Below, one piece after another: positions 16,975-26,719 of a DNA stretch of 64,000 nucleotides; position 1 is the first letter of the stretch, and every line of letters starts with the position of its first letter. The position numbers and the translations under genes are program-made. The notes below the pieces were generated by a model. That model made no database searches. It saw nothing but the letters and a program-made list of their open reading frames with translations, and had not been told where the DNA came from. The DNA is from Candidatus Xenobia bacterium (GTDB lineage: Bacteria > Vulcanimicrobiota > Xenobia > Xenobiales > QWHO01): assembly GCA_045863235.1 (NCBI GenBank), contig BTUM01000019.1:32001-96000 (forward strand), given 5' to 3'.

Positions 16975-18063
16975 ATGAGGCGGTTTGGAGCCCTTCTTCT
17001 GGTGCTGACCTGGGTCGCGCAGGCCCAAGAGCCGCCCGGCTCGGTGCGTTGGAGCTACAAGCTGCCCTTCCCGGTGCGCAGCCTGGCCGTGAGCGAGCAG
17101 GGCGTGGCCCTGGTCGGCTCGGACTTTGGCAATTACCTGCACGCAGTGGACGTATTACCTGGAACCTTTCTCTGGAAGAGAGACCTGGCCGGCTCCATCT
17201 GGAGCCCGGCAGTCGTCACTCAGGAAGCGGCCTATCTGGTCCCCAACGCGGCGGCCCTGATTGCGCTTCGTATCGAAACCGGGGACGTACTGTTCTGGTT
17301 GGGACCCCGCTTCCCATCAGGGGACCGTCCGCCCTGGCAGAACAAAGCCCCTCCCGCCGTGGGCCCTAACCGGATCTGGCTGGTCTCCCTCAACGGCACG
17401 CTCTGCAAGCTTGACGCCACCGGGAAACCGCTGGGACAGACAGAGCTGCAAGGCCTGAACCAGACGGACCAGTTTTGGAGTCGCCCGGCCCTGGCAGGCG
17501 ACTCGCTGTTCATCGGCTCCATCCGTGGTCGCCTTCACCGGGTGGCCAGCGAGACCTTGCGACGCAAGGAGACGATTGAGCTGGGAGAGGATATCCGAGC
17601 CGATGTAATCGCTCGCGACGACCGGCTCTATGTTTCTACCGTCAACGGCTCACTGTATGCCTTTCGAGCCGACCCGGAGCGCACCGTGCAACTCTGGAAA
17701 CTTTCTCTACGCAGCCGAGCTCCTGGCGGCAGCACCGGGCGTTCACCCGTCATTCCACTGGTAATGGAGGACCGCTTGCTGGTTGCCAGCCGCACCGCCG
17801 CCTATTGCCTGGACCGGCGAACCGGCGGCATCCTCTGGAGAAGGGAGGTCGAATCCGGAATCGCCGCCCCCCTGACCCTGGTCAAAGACCGGGTGCAACT
17901 GGTCACCGGTCAGGGAGAACTGGTCTCATTGGCACTCGCCACCGGACAGATGCTGGGAGGAGTCCCCCTGCGTGGCATCCCCACGGCCGGCCCTCTGGCC
18001 TGGGGAGAAGTCGTGCTGGTAGGTTTCTCGGATGGGATGCTCCAGGCGGTAAGCCCGCCCTGA
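16975..18063 (+). CDS. PQQ-like beta-propeller protein (BamB-like)
   Basis: Signal peptide MRRFGALLLVLTWVAQA; repeated L.A.D..TG...W and SPAV motifs. Confidence 0.8.
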   Translation: MRRFGALLLVLTWVAQAQEPPGSVRWSYKLPFPVRSLAVSEQGVALVGSDFGNYLHAVDVLPGTFLWKRDLAGSIWSPAVVTQEAAYLVPNAAALIALRIETGDVLFWLGPRFPSGDRPPWQNKAPPAVGPNRIWLVSLNGTLCKLDATGKPLGQTELQGLNQTDQFWSRPALAGDSLFIGSIRGRLHRVASETLRRKETIELGEDIRADVIARDDRLYVSTVNGSLYAFRADPERTVQLWKLSLRSRAPGGSTGRSPVIPLVMEDRLLVASRTAAYCLDRRTGGILWRREVESGIAAPLTLVKDRVQLVTGQGELVSLALATGQMLGGVPLRGIPTAGPLAWGEVVLVGFSDGMLQAVSPP

Positions 18064-18067
18064 AAGC

Positions 18068-18086
18068 GCTTTTACATCACTGCTAG
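18068..18086. repeat. Degenerate half-copy of the palindromic repeat at a convergent gene junction
   Basis: GCTTTTACATCACTGCTAG resembles CTTTTGCATCACTCTGCTAG (46811-46830). Confidence 0.35.
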
Positions 18087-19445
18087 CAGGCGATAGAGCT
18101 CGGTGGCCGCCCGGATCCCCCCGAAGAAGTGACGCAACTCGAACTTCTCGTCGGGCGAGTGAATGCCGTCATCGGGGTTGCCCAGGCCCAACAGCAGGGT
18201 ATCCACCCCCAGCACACGACGAAAGTCGGAGACAATGGGAATCGCGCCTCCGTGCCGACTGAAGAGCGGTTCCACCCCAAAACCGGCTCGGACCGCCTGA
18301 CGAGCGGCCTCGAAGAGCGACTCATGCCGACCTTCGCGGCGCAAGAGGTAGGGATGCCCGGTGTCGCCCGGCACGAACTCGAGCTCGGCCCAGGCCGGAC
18401 ACTGCCCGACGAACCACTTGCGCAGGCACTCCATGAGATGGGCCGGCTCCTGGTCGGCCACCAGCCGGGCACTGAACTTGGCACTGGCAGTCGCGGGCAC
18501 GATGGTCTTGCTGCCCTCGCCCTGGTAGCCCCCGGTGATGCCATTGCACTCCAGGGTGGGACGAAACCAGCGCCGCTCATTGGTGGTAAAGCCGTGCTCC
18601 CCATGCATGTGGGCCCCCAGCCAGCTCTGGTAGGCGTCCTCATCAAAGGGAAGATTGAAGAGCGACTCGCGCTCCCATTCCTCGGCCTCCAGAACGCCAT
18701 CGTAGAAACCCGGGACGGTCACGCGATTGCGGTCGTCGTGCAGAGCGGCGACCATGGCTGCCAGCGTATGAATGGCGTTGGGCAGAGTCCCTCCGTAGAC
18801 GCCCGAATGCACATCTCGGTGGGCCACCCGCAGGTGCACCTCGAACACCACAATCCCGCGCAGACTGTAGTGAATCGTAGGAATCCCCTTGATGGATGTG
18901 CTGGTGTCGGACACCACCGCCAACTCGGGAGAGAGCTCTCCCTTCAGTCGCTCGAGCAACTCAACCAGATGCGGGCTGCCAATCTCCTCCTCCCCTTCGA
19001 TCAGGAAGGTCAGGTTGACCGGCAATCCGCCCGTCGTCTTCAACAGCGTCTCGACAGCACAAACGTGCGCAAAGAACTGGCCCTTGTTGTCACAGGCTCC
19101 CCTGGCGTAGATCCGATCGCTCTCGACCCGGGGTTGAAAAGGAGGGGAGGTCCACAGCTCGAGCTCATCGGCAGGCTGCACGTCGTAGTGCCCATACACG
19201 AGCACTCGCGGCCTGCCCTCCACGACCGGGCCGTGAGCCACCACGGCCGGATGCCCGGGGGTCTCCTCCAGGCGAGCATTCAGGCCCAGGCCTCGCAAGC
19301 GCTGCTCCACCCAGCGAGCACAGCGCAGCAAATCGGCTTTGCGCTCGGACTGAGTGGAAACGGAAGGGATGGCCAGGAGCTCCTTGAGGCCTTCCAAGAA
19401 CGACTCTCGATGCTGGTCGAGGTAAGCAGAAATGGCGTCGGACAT
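18072..19445 (-). CDS. M20-family dipeptidase (ArgE/DapE-like)
   Basis: YGHYDVQP, ARGACDNKGQ, EGEEEIGS, DVHSG.YGG, IHSPDEKF. Confidence 0.92.
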   Translation of the reverse strand: MSDAISAYLDQHRESFLEGLKELLAIPSVSTQSERKADLLRCARWVEQRLRGLGLNARLEETPGHPAVVAHGPVVEGRPRVLVYGHYDVQPADELELWTSPPFQPRVESDRIYARGACDNKGQFFAHVCAVETLLKTTGGLPVNLTFLIEGEEEIGSPHLVELLERLKGELSPELAVVSDTSTSIKGIPTIHYSLRGIVVFEVHLRVAHRDVHSGVYGGTLPNAIHTLAAMVAALHDDRNRVTVPGFYDGVLEAEEWERESLFNLPFDEDAYQSWLGAHMHGEHGFTTNERRWFRPTLECNGITGGYQGEGSKTIVPATASAKFSARLVADQEPAHLMECLRKWFVGQCPAWAELEFVPGDTGHPYLLRREGRHESLFEAARQAVRAGFGVEPLFSRHGGAIPIVSDFRRVLGVDTLLLGLGNPDDGIHSPDEKFELRHFFGGIRAATELYRLLAVM

Positions 19446-19658
19446 AACGTGTTGGGACGTTACGCGCTGAAGGTCTTCCGTTCCTTCGGGGAGCGCCTCT
19501 CGGCGCCACTTTCAGCACTCCACCTGGTTTCGGGCCGTTCTTCCGGAGACCGTTCCGGTCCATCGGATCAGTTTGTTAAAATTTCTCGCAAAATTGGCAG
19601 GATCCGGGGATGGTTTCGCAGTAATGTGGCGACGCTGAAAATATCGGGAGGGTGAACC

Positions 19659-20162
19659 GTGGTCCAAGTTACACAGACTGACCGCTACCCCGGTCGCAAG
19701 ATCTGGTTCGGAGCCCTGGATGATACCGTGGATGGCTTGAAACTCCACGGACGGGTGAAAATGAAGCCGACGCTTCTGCGCACCGCTCCCGACTATTGGA
19801 CTCGCGTGGAAGCCGAAGAGATCCTCTATCTCGACGGACGCGGCGACGTGATTCACTGGGCTACCGTTCGAGGGCTCCTGCCCGATCTGGACAGCCGCAG
19901 TTTCGAGGATGCCCTCGACCGGGCCACCCGCATCGGAGTCTTCGTTCGCATCTCGAGCCAGTGCGCGGTGGCCCCAAGCCGCATTCAGGGCCTGCTGCGG
20001 GTTCCCGAAGGCCAGTACCAGGTGGAGATGGAGTCTCCCTTTGGAGAAACGGTCATGCTGCCGCTCGACCGGGCCCGCATTCCGGAATTGGAAGAGTGCC
20101 TGGAGGTGCTCTCCGCCGGCAGTTGCCTGCTCTTTGCCGATCCCGAGGACTTCGAGGACTAA
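19659..20162 (+). CDS. Stand-alone LytTR-like DNA-binding domain protein
   Basis: EEILYLDGRG, FVRISSQCAVAPSRI, LPLDRARIPELEECL align by eye with the LytTR consensus (ILYIE / FxRIHRSYIVN / LPVSR). Confidence 0.55.
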   Translation: MVQVTQTDRYPGRKIWFGALDDTVDGLKLHGRVKMKPTLLRTAPDYWTRVEAEEILYLDGRGDVIHWATVRGLLPDLDSRSFEDALDRATRIGVFVRISSQCAVAPSRIQGLLRVPEGQYQVEMESPFGETVMLPLDRARIPELEECLEVLSAGSCLLFADPEDFED

Positions 20163-20210
20163 TCCCCCCTCCCCCGAAGGAACGTGCCCATCTCTCTGGA
20201 GGACGTTCCC

Positions 20211-20978
20211 ATGATGCTCTTGGAAAATAAGCGGGGTCTCGTTTTTGGCGTGGCCAACAACATGTCGATCGCCTGGGCCATCGCGCAAGAAGCCCACCGT
20301 CAGGGTGCTGAACTCGGTTTTACCTACCTCAACGAAGCGCTCGAGAAACGCATGCGCCCCCTGGCCGAGAGCCTGGAAGCGAGCCTGATCCTTCCCTGCG
20401 ATGCCAACAAGGACGAAGACCTCGACGCGGTGTTTGCGGAGGCGGGCCGCAAATGGGGCAAGCTCGACTTCGTCTTGCACGCCATCGCTTTCGCCCAGCG
20501 CGAGGACCTCGACGGGCGTTTCGTGGATACCTCGCGTGAGGGGTTCCGCATAGCCCTGGACACTTCCGCCTATTCACTGGTCGCCATGGCCCGCCGAGCC
20601 GCTCCCCTGATGACCGAGGGAGGCAGCCTGCTTACTCTGACTTATTACGGGTCCCAGAAGGTGGTGGCCAACTACAATGTGATGGGGGTAGCCAAGGCCG
20701 CCCTGGAAGCCAGCGTTCGCTATCTGGCGGCCGATCTCGGGCCTCAGGGCATCCGTGTCAACGCTGTCTCGGCCGGAGCCATCAAGACTCTTTCCGCCAA
20801 GGGAATCCGCAACTTCAACGAGATGCTGAAGGTTTCAGCCGAGCGCAGCCCCCTGGGCCGTAATGTCGCTGTGGACGAAGTGGGCAAGGCTGGCACCTTC
20901 CTGCTCTCCGACTATGCCAGCGGCATCACGGGCGATATCCTGTATGTCGATGCCGGGTGGCACGTCCTGGGGATGTAG
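20211..20978 (+). CDS. fabI: Enoyl-ACP reductase (NADH)
   Basis: GVANNMSIAWAIA, LTYYG, YNVMGVAKAALE, RVNAVSAGAIKT, YVDAG; GGAGG SD. Confidence 0.95.
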   Translation: MMLLENKRGLVFGVANNMSIAWAIAQEAHRQGAELGFTYLNEALEKRMRPLAESLEASLILPCDANKDEDLDAVFAEAGRKWGKLDFVLHAIAFAQREDLDGRFVDTSREGFRIALDTSAYSLVAMARRAAPLMTEGGSLLTLTYYGSQKVVANYNVMGVAKAALEASVRYLAADLGPQGIRVNAVSAGAIKTLSAKGIRNFNEMLKVSAERSPLGRNVAVDEVGKAGTFLLSDYASGITGDILYVDAGWHVLGM

Positions 20979-20983
20979 ACTCC

Positions 20984-21649
20984 ATGGAGCCGACTCCGCC
21001 GCCGCCCGAGAACGAGCCACCTCGCAGACAGGACCCGCGTACCACGGCAGTTCCGATGCGCGAGTTCAAGCGCACCAAGCGCTCCACTACCCTGGCTGAC
21101 CTGTGGATCCCCCTGGTAGCCCTCGGACTGGCGGCCACCATTTTCTACCTGCAATTCCAGCGCAAACTGATCGCTGACGTGCTGGCGGTGAACGATACCA
21201 GGTCCAAATTGACCCTGCAACTCAACCTCGAACGTCTGCCGCTCGAGCCCGGCGAGTCCGGAAAAATGCGGGTCTTCCACGTCGGGGGCGAGTCGCTGGA
21301 GGTGCTCAGCGGGGGAGGCACCACGGAGTCCATCTATCTGCCCAACACCAGTCCCGCCTGGGTGATCTACAATGTGGGAGGTGTAGCCAACCTCTTGCTG
21401 GTGGACTACACCTGGGCCTATCGAGCCGATGGTGAGCGCAACACGGCTGGCCCCCAGTTCAAGGTGGTGGCCAACCTGAAGGCAAACAAGCTGTTTACCT
21501 GCGGGGCAGCCGAGGTGCTCGGCCCCGACGAGAAGCTGCCCCAACGCTATCAGGGCAAGCGCCCGCTGCTCAAGGTCGAGCGCGTCCCCACCTCGGCCCT
21601 GGAGTTTCCCGAAACCTATCTGCGCGAGCAGTTGGAGAAGATCCGATGA
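20984..21649 (+). CDS. Hypothetical single-pass membrane protein
   Basis: One TM helix; in operon between fabI and pta with ATGA overlap. Confidence 0.65.
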   Translation: MEPTPPPPENEPPRRQDPRTTAVPMREFKRTKRSTTLADLWIPLVALGLAATIFYLQFQRKLIADVLAVNDTRSKLTLQLNLERLPLEPGESGKMRVFHVGGESLEVLSGGGTTESIYLPNTSPAWVIYNVGGVANLLLVDYTWAYRADGERNTAGPQFKVVANLKANKLFTCGAAEVLGPDEKLPQRYQGKRPLLKVERVPTSALEFPETYLREQLEKIR

Positions 21650-22587
21650 GCTTTCTGGACCAATGTCGCGATCGGGTGCGCGGACAGGGGCTGCGCATCG
21701 TCTATCCGGAGGGAACCGAAGAGAGGGCCCGCCGAGCAGCCTCCCAACTCGCCGCCGAGGGCCTGGCCCGGCCCATCCTGCTGGGCTCTCCCGAGCCATT
21801 GGCGGGGGTGGAGCTGCGCACACCCGATGGAGAGTTCGCGTCGACCTACTATGAGTTGCGCCGCCATAAAGGAATCACTCTTGAACAGGCGACCGAGCGA
21901 GCGCGCTTGCCCCATTACTACGCGGCCCTCATGGTTCTGAGCGGCCAGGCCGACGGAATGGTGTCCGGGCTCAACTCGGCCACCAAGCCGTTCCTGCCGG
22001 CTTTCGAAGTGATCAAGCTGGCCCCCGGCTACCGACGCGCCTCCTCGGTCTTCCTCATGGTCTGGCCTGAGAAGACCTGGTTCTATGCCGATTGCTCCGT
22101 CAACATCGCCCCCGACCCGGCCACTCTGGCCGACATCGCCCGGGCGACGGCCGCCACCGCCCGAGCCTTCGGGGTAGAGCCCCGAGTGGCTTTTCTCTCC
22201 TTCTCGACGCGCGACAGCGCCGAGCACCCTCTGGTCGACCACGTCAAGGAGGCGGTGCGCCTCTGCCGGGAGGCTGAGCCGAGCCTGGCCGCGGACGGCG
22301 AGATGCAGTTCGACGCCGCCATCCTGCCCGAGGTAGCCGCTCGCAAGTGCCCCGGCAGCCCGGTAGCTGGCCGGGCTAACGTGTTCATCTTTCCCGACCT
22401 GGACGCCGGCAACCTCGGCTACAAGATCACCGAGCGCCTGGGCGGAGCCGCGGCGGTCGGCCCCATCTTGCAGGGTCTGCGCCGGCCGGTCAACGACGTC
22501 TCGCGCGGCTGCTCGGTGCAGGATCTGGTGGACGTCGGAGTCATCACCGCGATCCAGGCTCTGGCTCTGAAGGAGTCGATGGTATGA
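21646..22587 (+). CDS. pta: Phosphate acetyltransferase
   Basis: IVYPEG, ADGMVSG, YADC.VN..P, VAFLSFST, DGEMQFDAA, FPDLDAGN.GYK, GPILQG..PVND.SRG. Confidence 0.93.
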   Translation: MSFLDQCRDRVRGQGLRIVYPEGTEERARRAASQLAAEGLARPILLGSPEPLAGVELRTPDGEFASTYYELRRHKGITLEQATERARLPHYYAALMVLSGQADGMVSGLNSATKPFLPAFEVIKLAPGYRRASSVFLMVWPEKTWFYADCSVNIAPDPATLADIARATAATARAFGVEPRVAFLSFSTRDSAEHPLVDHVKEAVRLCREAEPSLAADGEMQFDAAILPEVAARKCPGSPVAGRANVFIFPDLDAGNLGYKITERLGGAAAVGPILQGLRRPVNDVSRGCSVQDLVDVGVITAIQALALKESMV

Positions 22588-23033
22588 AACACCTGCTGCT
22601 CTGTCTCCTGTTGATGAGCGCGGCCTGGGCCGGACCCACCTACGAGTTGGTGGGCGCCACGGCCACGCCCACAGCCACGGCCGAGGTCTGGCGAGCTGAA
22701 GTCGAGGGCAAGTTGGTGGTCGTCCTCAAGATCAAAGAGGCTGGCAAGGAGGGTGAGGTCAACTTTGCCATCGAGCCCGCCCAACTGCCTGCTTTTGAGA
22801 AACATTGCGAGACTTTGCTCCAAGAGCGCACCTCTCTCAAGTCAGGTGCCGTCCAGGTCGTGTCCACGATGAAGTCAGGAGCCAACTGGATCGACTTTGC
22901 CCGCGTTCGGGTGGGCAACTCGAGTCCGTGGCGTGTCCTCGTGGTTCACGAAGGCAAACAGGAACGAAGTTTCGTGCTGGACAAAACGAGCTGGTCCAGC
23001 CTCAAGAAGCTGACCAGGAAAGCCAGTCCGTAA
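22584..23033 (+). CDS. Hypothetical secreted protein
   Basis: Signal peptide MKHLLLCLLLMSAAWA; ATGA overlap with pta. Confidence 0.65.
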   Translation: MKHLLLCLLLMSAAWAGPTYELVGATATPTATAEVWRAEVEGKLVVVLKIKEAGKEGEVNFAIEPAQLPAFEKHCETLLQERTSLKSGAVQVVSTMKSGANWIDFARVRVGNSSPWRVLVVHEGKQERSFVLDKTSWSSLKKLTRKASP

Positions 23034-23547
23034 CCGGGAGCCGCTGCGGAAACGAGCGGTGCAACAGGGCGATCACCCCGATTGGAGTCATGCGGTGATA
23101 GACCCGGTTGACGGGCAGAATCCGCACGTTGGGTCCGCGCTTGCAGTGGTCCATGCAGCCCACCGGCTCGATGACGATCTGATCACCCTGAGGATGGCGT
23201 GAGAGAGCGTCCTGAAGGGCTGCTTTCAGCTCGCGAGCTCCACCCTGACAACAGTTCTTGTGCATGCAGATCTGGATCTTGCCGATCCGCCCGGTCTCAG
23301 GGACGTTCAAAGCTCCTTCGACCAGTGGGATGATCAGACGGGCAACCAGTTGCCCTGCTGTCTCGTCGACAAAGATGCGGACTCGCCGCCCTTTGGTCAA
23401 CCCGGGCTCAAAACTCTGGTGCAGGCCCGGGGGGAGTTGAATGCGTTCCACGACGGTCATGGTCTTGAGCCAGAAACTGGCTGGCTCTTCCTCGTTCAAA
23501 GCGGGACAGAAGCCGAGGATGCTTCCTTCTAGGATCGTTTGTGACAT
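23002..23547 (-). CDS. Thioredoxin-like [2Fe-2S] ferredoxin domain protein
   Basis: C-terminal ICMHKNC and GCMDHCKRGPNV cysteine pattern. Confidence 0.8.
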   Translation of the reverse strand: MSQTILEGSILGFCPALNEEEPASFWLKTMTVVERIQLPPGLHQSFEPGLTKGRRVRIFVDETAGQLVARLIIPLVEGALNVPETGRIGKIQICMHKNCCQGGARELKAALQDALSRHPQGDQIVIEPVGCMDHCKRGPNVRILPVNRVYHRMTPIGVIALLHRSFPQRLPVTDWLSWSAS

Positions 23548-23638
23548 CAGTTGGGTTAGGTTAGAAAATCCTTCTCCTTAGGTTCACCTAAATTCCTACC
23601 ACAGAGGTCGTGTTCTGTCCAGAGGCGAAGGCCGACCG

Positions 23639-24364
23639 GTGATCGATATCGAGCGCGCAAGCAAGTCCTATCAAGGACGCGAGGCGCTGCATCCTATCTC
23701 CCTCACGGTCCCGGCCGAGCGGAGCCTGGCCTTGATCGGGCCCAGTGGCTGCGGCAAGAGCACCCTGATGCGACTGGTGGTAGGGCTGATCCGCCCCGAC
23801 AGTGGGCAGATCAGCGTGGACGGCATCCCCATGACTCCGAGCACAGCCCGGGAGTTACGTCTGCGGATGGGCTACGTGATTCAGGACGGGGGGCTCTTTC
23901 CCCATCTCACCGTGGCTCACAACGTCACCCTGATGGCCCGCCAGTTACGCTGGGAGAAGGCGCGGATTCAGGAGCGACTGAGCCATCTGGCAGAACTTGT
24001 GCAGCTGCCCCCCGACCTGCTCGGACGCTACCCCGCCCAGTTGAGCGGCGGCCAACGCCAGCGGGTGGGCATCATGCGAGCCCTGATGCTCGATCCGAAG
24101 GTGATTTTGCTGGACGAGCCGATGGGGGCTCTCGACCCCATCGTGCGCAGCCATCTGCAAGAGGACCTCAAGCGCATCTTCCGGGACCTCAAGAAGACCG
24201 TTTTGATGGTGACACACGACATGGGCGAGGCCGCTTACCTGGGCGACGAGATCGCCCTGATGCGCGACGGTGCGATCGTCCAAAAAGGCCCCCTGGACGA
24301 CCTGCGCCAGCGTCCCGCTGACGCCTTCGTCAGCGACTTCCTCAAGGCCCAGAGGGTGCAGTGA
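23639..24364 (+). CDS. Osmoprotectant ABC transporter ATP-binding subunit (OpuBA/OsmV-like)
   Basis: GPSGCGKS, GYVIQ.GGLFPH, LSGGQRQR, LLDEP, VTHD. Confidence 0.9.
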   Translation: MIDIERASKSYQGREALHPISLTVPAERSLALIGPSGCGKSTLMRLVVGLIRPDSGQISVDGIPMTPSTARELRLRMGYVIQDGGLFPHLTVAHNVTLMARQLRWEKARIQERLSHLAELVQLPPDLLGRYPAQLSGGQRQRVGIMRALMLDPKVILLDEPMGALDPIVRSHLQEDLKRIFRDLKKTVLMVTHDMGEAAYLGDEIALMRDGAIVQKGPLDDLRQRPADAFVSDFLKAQRVQ

Positions 24365-25851
24365 GACACTGGCTCTTGTTGTTGATCGCCCTGCTCAGCT
24401 TGCCCGTCTGGGCCGACCCGCCCGTCAAGATCAGGATCGGCTCGAAGGCATTCCCAGAGTCCTGGATCCTGGGCGACGCGCTGACCATCCTGGCCCGCGA
24501 AGCCGGTGCCGACGTGGTGCACCAGGACAATATGGGAGCCACCCAGATCGTTTACGAAGCTCTGCGCCAGGGCAAGATCGACGTCTATCCAGAGTATACC
24601 GGCACGATCTCGGAGGTCTTCCTCAAGGATCTGCCCCACCCGACCACCGGGGTCATGCTCGACGCTTTGGCCCGGGACCGCATCGGGATGAGCTATCCGC
24701 TGGGTTTCAACGATTCTTACGGAATCGCCGTGCGACGCGAAGTCCATGACAAGCTGGGAGTGGTGACCCTCAGCGATCTGGCCCGTCACCCCGAGCTGAT
24801 CCTCGGCCTTACGCCCGAATTCGTAGGTCGCAAGGATGGCTGGGCCCCCCTTCAGGCAGCCTACGACCTCAGACCTCAGCAACTCAAGCAGATGCAGCAC
24901 GAGCTGGGCTACCAGGCACTCTCAGCTGGCAAGCTGGACGCGGTGGACGTCTACACCACCGACGCCCAGATCGCTCGCCTCAACCTGGTGGTATTGCAGG
25001 ACGACAAGCAGTTTTTTCCACGTTACGATGCGGTGCTACTCTACCGCGCCGACCTGCCTCGCAGGGCCCCGGACGCCTGGGGGGCCATGCTGCGCCTGAT
25101 GGGGCAGATCAACGAAGAGCAGATGATCGCCGCCAACGCCCGAGTGGTGCTGGAGAACCAGACGTCGCAAGAGTCTGCCCGCATCCTGCTCAAGGAGTGC
25201 CTGGGGCAGGAGAGCGCGCCCCTGATCGCCGTGCGGGGCTGGGACTGGAGCTCCATCGGGACCAATACCCTGCAGCACCTCTACCTGGTCGCCGCCAGCC
25301 TGCTGGTGGCCATCGCCATCGGGATCCCCCTGGGAGTGCTGGCCTCTCGCTCACCGCTGCTGGCTTCCATGACCCTGACGGGTACCGGGCTGCTGCAAAC
25401 CATCCCGTCGCTGGCCCTGCTCGCGTTCCTGGTACCGATCATGGGCGTGGGCCTGTGGGCCGCCCTGACAGCTCTGTTTCTTTACAGCTTGCTCCCCATC
25501 GTCCGCAACACCTATACCGGCCTGACGACCATCCCGGGAAATCTGGCCGAAGCCGCCGAGGCCATCGGGCTGACACCCCTGTCCCAGTTGCTGGTCGTCC
25601 GACTGCCCATGGCCTCTCCCTCCATCCTGGCAGGCATCAAAACCAGCGCCGTGATCAACGTGGGCACGGCGACCCTGGCCGCCCTGGTGGGAGCCGGGGG
25701 CCTGGGTCAACCGATCCTGCAGGGCATCGCCCTGATCGATACGCCGATGATCCTGCAAGGGGCCATTCCGGCCGCTCTGCTCGCCCTGGCGGTTCAGGGC
25801 GGCTTCGACCTGCTGGAACGATTCGTCGTGCCGCGGGGTTTACGGCTTTGA
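24361..25851 (+). CDS. Glycine betaine/choline ABC transporter fused substrate-binding protein + permease
   Basis: IGSK.F.ES, IDVYPEYTGT, YTTD, DD..FFP.Y; permease part QTIPSLALL, EAA loop, GAGGLG. Confidence 0.9.
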   Translation: MRHWLLLLIALLSLPVWADPPVKIRIGSKAFPESWILGDALTILAREAGADVVHQDNMGATQIVYEALRQGKIDVYPEYTGTISEVFLKDLPHPTTGVMLDALARDRIGMSYPLGFNDSYGIAVRREVHDKLGVVTLSDLARHPELILGLTPEFVGRKDGWAPLQAAYDLRPQQLKQMQHELGYQALSAGKLDAVDVYTTDAQIARLNLVVLQDDKQFFPRYDAVLLYRADLPRRAPDAWGAMLRLMGQINEEQMIAANARVVLENQTSQESARILLKECLGQESAPLIAVRGWDWSSIGTNTLQHLYLVAASLLVAIAIGIPLGVLASRSPLLASMTLTGTGLLQTIPSLALLAFLVPIMGVGLWAALTALFLYSLLPIVRNTYTGLTTIPGNLAEAAEAIGLTPLSQLLVVRLPMASPSILAGIKTSAVINVGTATLAALVGAGGLGQPILQGIALIDTPMILQGAIPAALLALAVQGGFDLLERFVVPRGLRL

Positions 25852-25856
25852 TTCCC

Positions 25857-25907
25857 TAGCAGAGTGATGCAAGAGTTCCTCGAAAGGGCTTTTGCATCAG
25901 CCTGCTA
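25857..25907. repeat. Palindromic REP/MITE-like element between convergent genes (probably also a bidirectional terminator)
   Basis: TAGCAG-AG-TGATGCAAGAGTTC...GGGCTTTTGCATCA-GC-CTGCTA imperfect hairpin; near-identical arm at 46803-46830. Confidence 0.65.
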
Positions 25908-26624
25908 CGCGTAAGCGGTCGACTTGGCCGCGTTGTAAGTAGCCCAGTGGCTACCCTGGCCGTTGGCGATGGCCCAGGCGCACACCAGAGCCTGCTGGCG
26001 CCAGTCCATCCAGTTGAGCTCACCCAGGCCTTCCCAGGCCTTCGGGTTGGCGGCCTTCGCCTTGGGAGCCATGCTCTTGAAAGTCGGCTCGATGAACTGG
26101 AACATCCCCTTGGAGGGGGTTCCCTTCTTGGCGTTGGAGTCCCAGTTGTTGACCGCGTCAGCCTTGAAGTTAGACTCGCGGCGCGCGATCTCTTTGAGGA
26201 CTTTGGGATCGGCCCCGTAAGCCGCGGCGGCACTCTGAATGAAACTGTCGATCTCGCCCTGGTCCTTGGGCTGGGCTGAGGCGTTGGCGCTGCTGGCCCC
26301 CGAGCTGCCAGTGCTGGCCCCCGAGCTACCGCTGCTGCTGCTGCTGCTGCCGGTGCTGCCCCCCGACGACCCCACCGGAGAGTTGCCACCAGCGCTGGCC
26401 AAACCCTTAGCCAGCTGGGCCATCTGCTGATTGGACTGGCCCACCATTAATTGAGCCAGCAATTGGAGCATGCTCGATTGCATAGCCATCATCTCATAGT
26501 TGAAGCCGAGCAGGCTGCTGCCTCCCAGGGCTCGCGCGCTGGCCAGGCCAAGGTTGCCTAATGCGCCGGTCCCGGGAAGGCCAAGGTTCTGAGTCAGGGG
26601 ACTAAGTGCGGAAATTGCGTCCAT
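25905..26624 (-). CDS. SLT-domain lytic transglycosylase with low-complexity N-terminus
   Basis: RRESNF..AVNNWDSNA..GTPSKGMFQFIEPTF is an SLT motif with the catalytic Glu; AGGAGG SD. Confidence 0.8.
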   Translation of the reverse strand: MDAISALSPLTQNLGLPGTGALGNLGLASARALGGSSLLGFNYEMMAMQSSMLQLLAQLMVGQSNQQMAQLAKGLASAGGNSPVGSSGGSTGSSSSSSGSSGASTGSSGASSANASAQPKDQGEIDSFIQSAAAAYGADPKVLKEIARRESNFKADAVNNWDSNAKKGTPSKGMFQFIEPTFKSMAPKAKAANPKAWEGLGELNWMDWRQQALVCAWAIANGQGSHWATYNAAKSTAYA

Positions 26625-26719
26625 CGTTCATCCTCCTGCTCTCAGATTAGCCAGTGGGCGACAGAAGGAGCAGTCAGCAAAAATGAACTTCGTGTAACAG
26701 CTGTGTCCTGGGAGTGAAC

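Noticed and set aside
26285..26360. (CTG)n run and duplicated GCTGGCCCCCGAGCT
   Set aside because: Encodes the Ser/Gly linker of the SLT protein; ordinary coding low complexity.
25905..26624. Possible prophage suggested by the phage-like SLT domain
   Set aside because: No integrase, capsid, tail or terminase genes nearby; the flanks are host genes.
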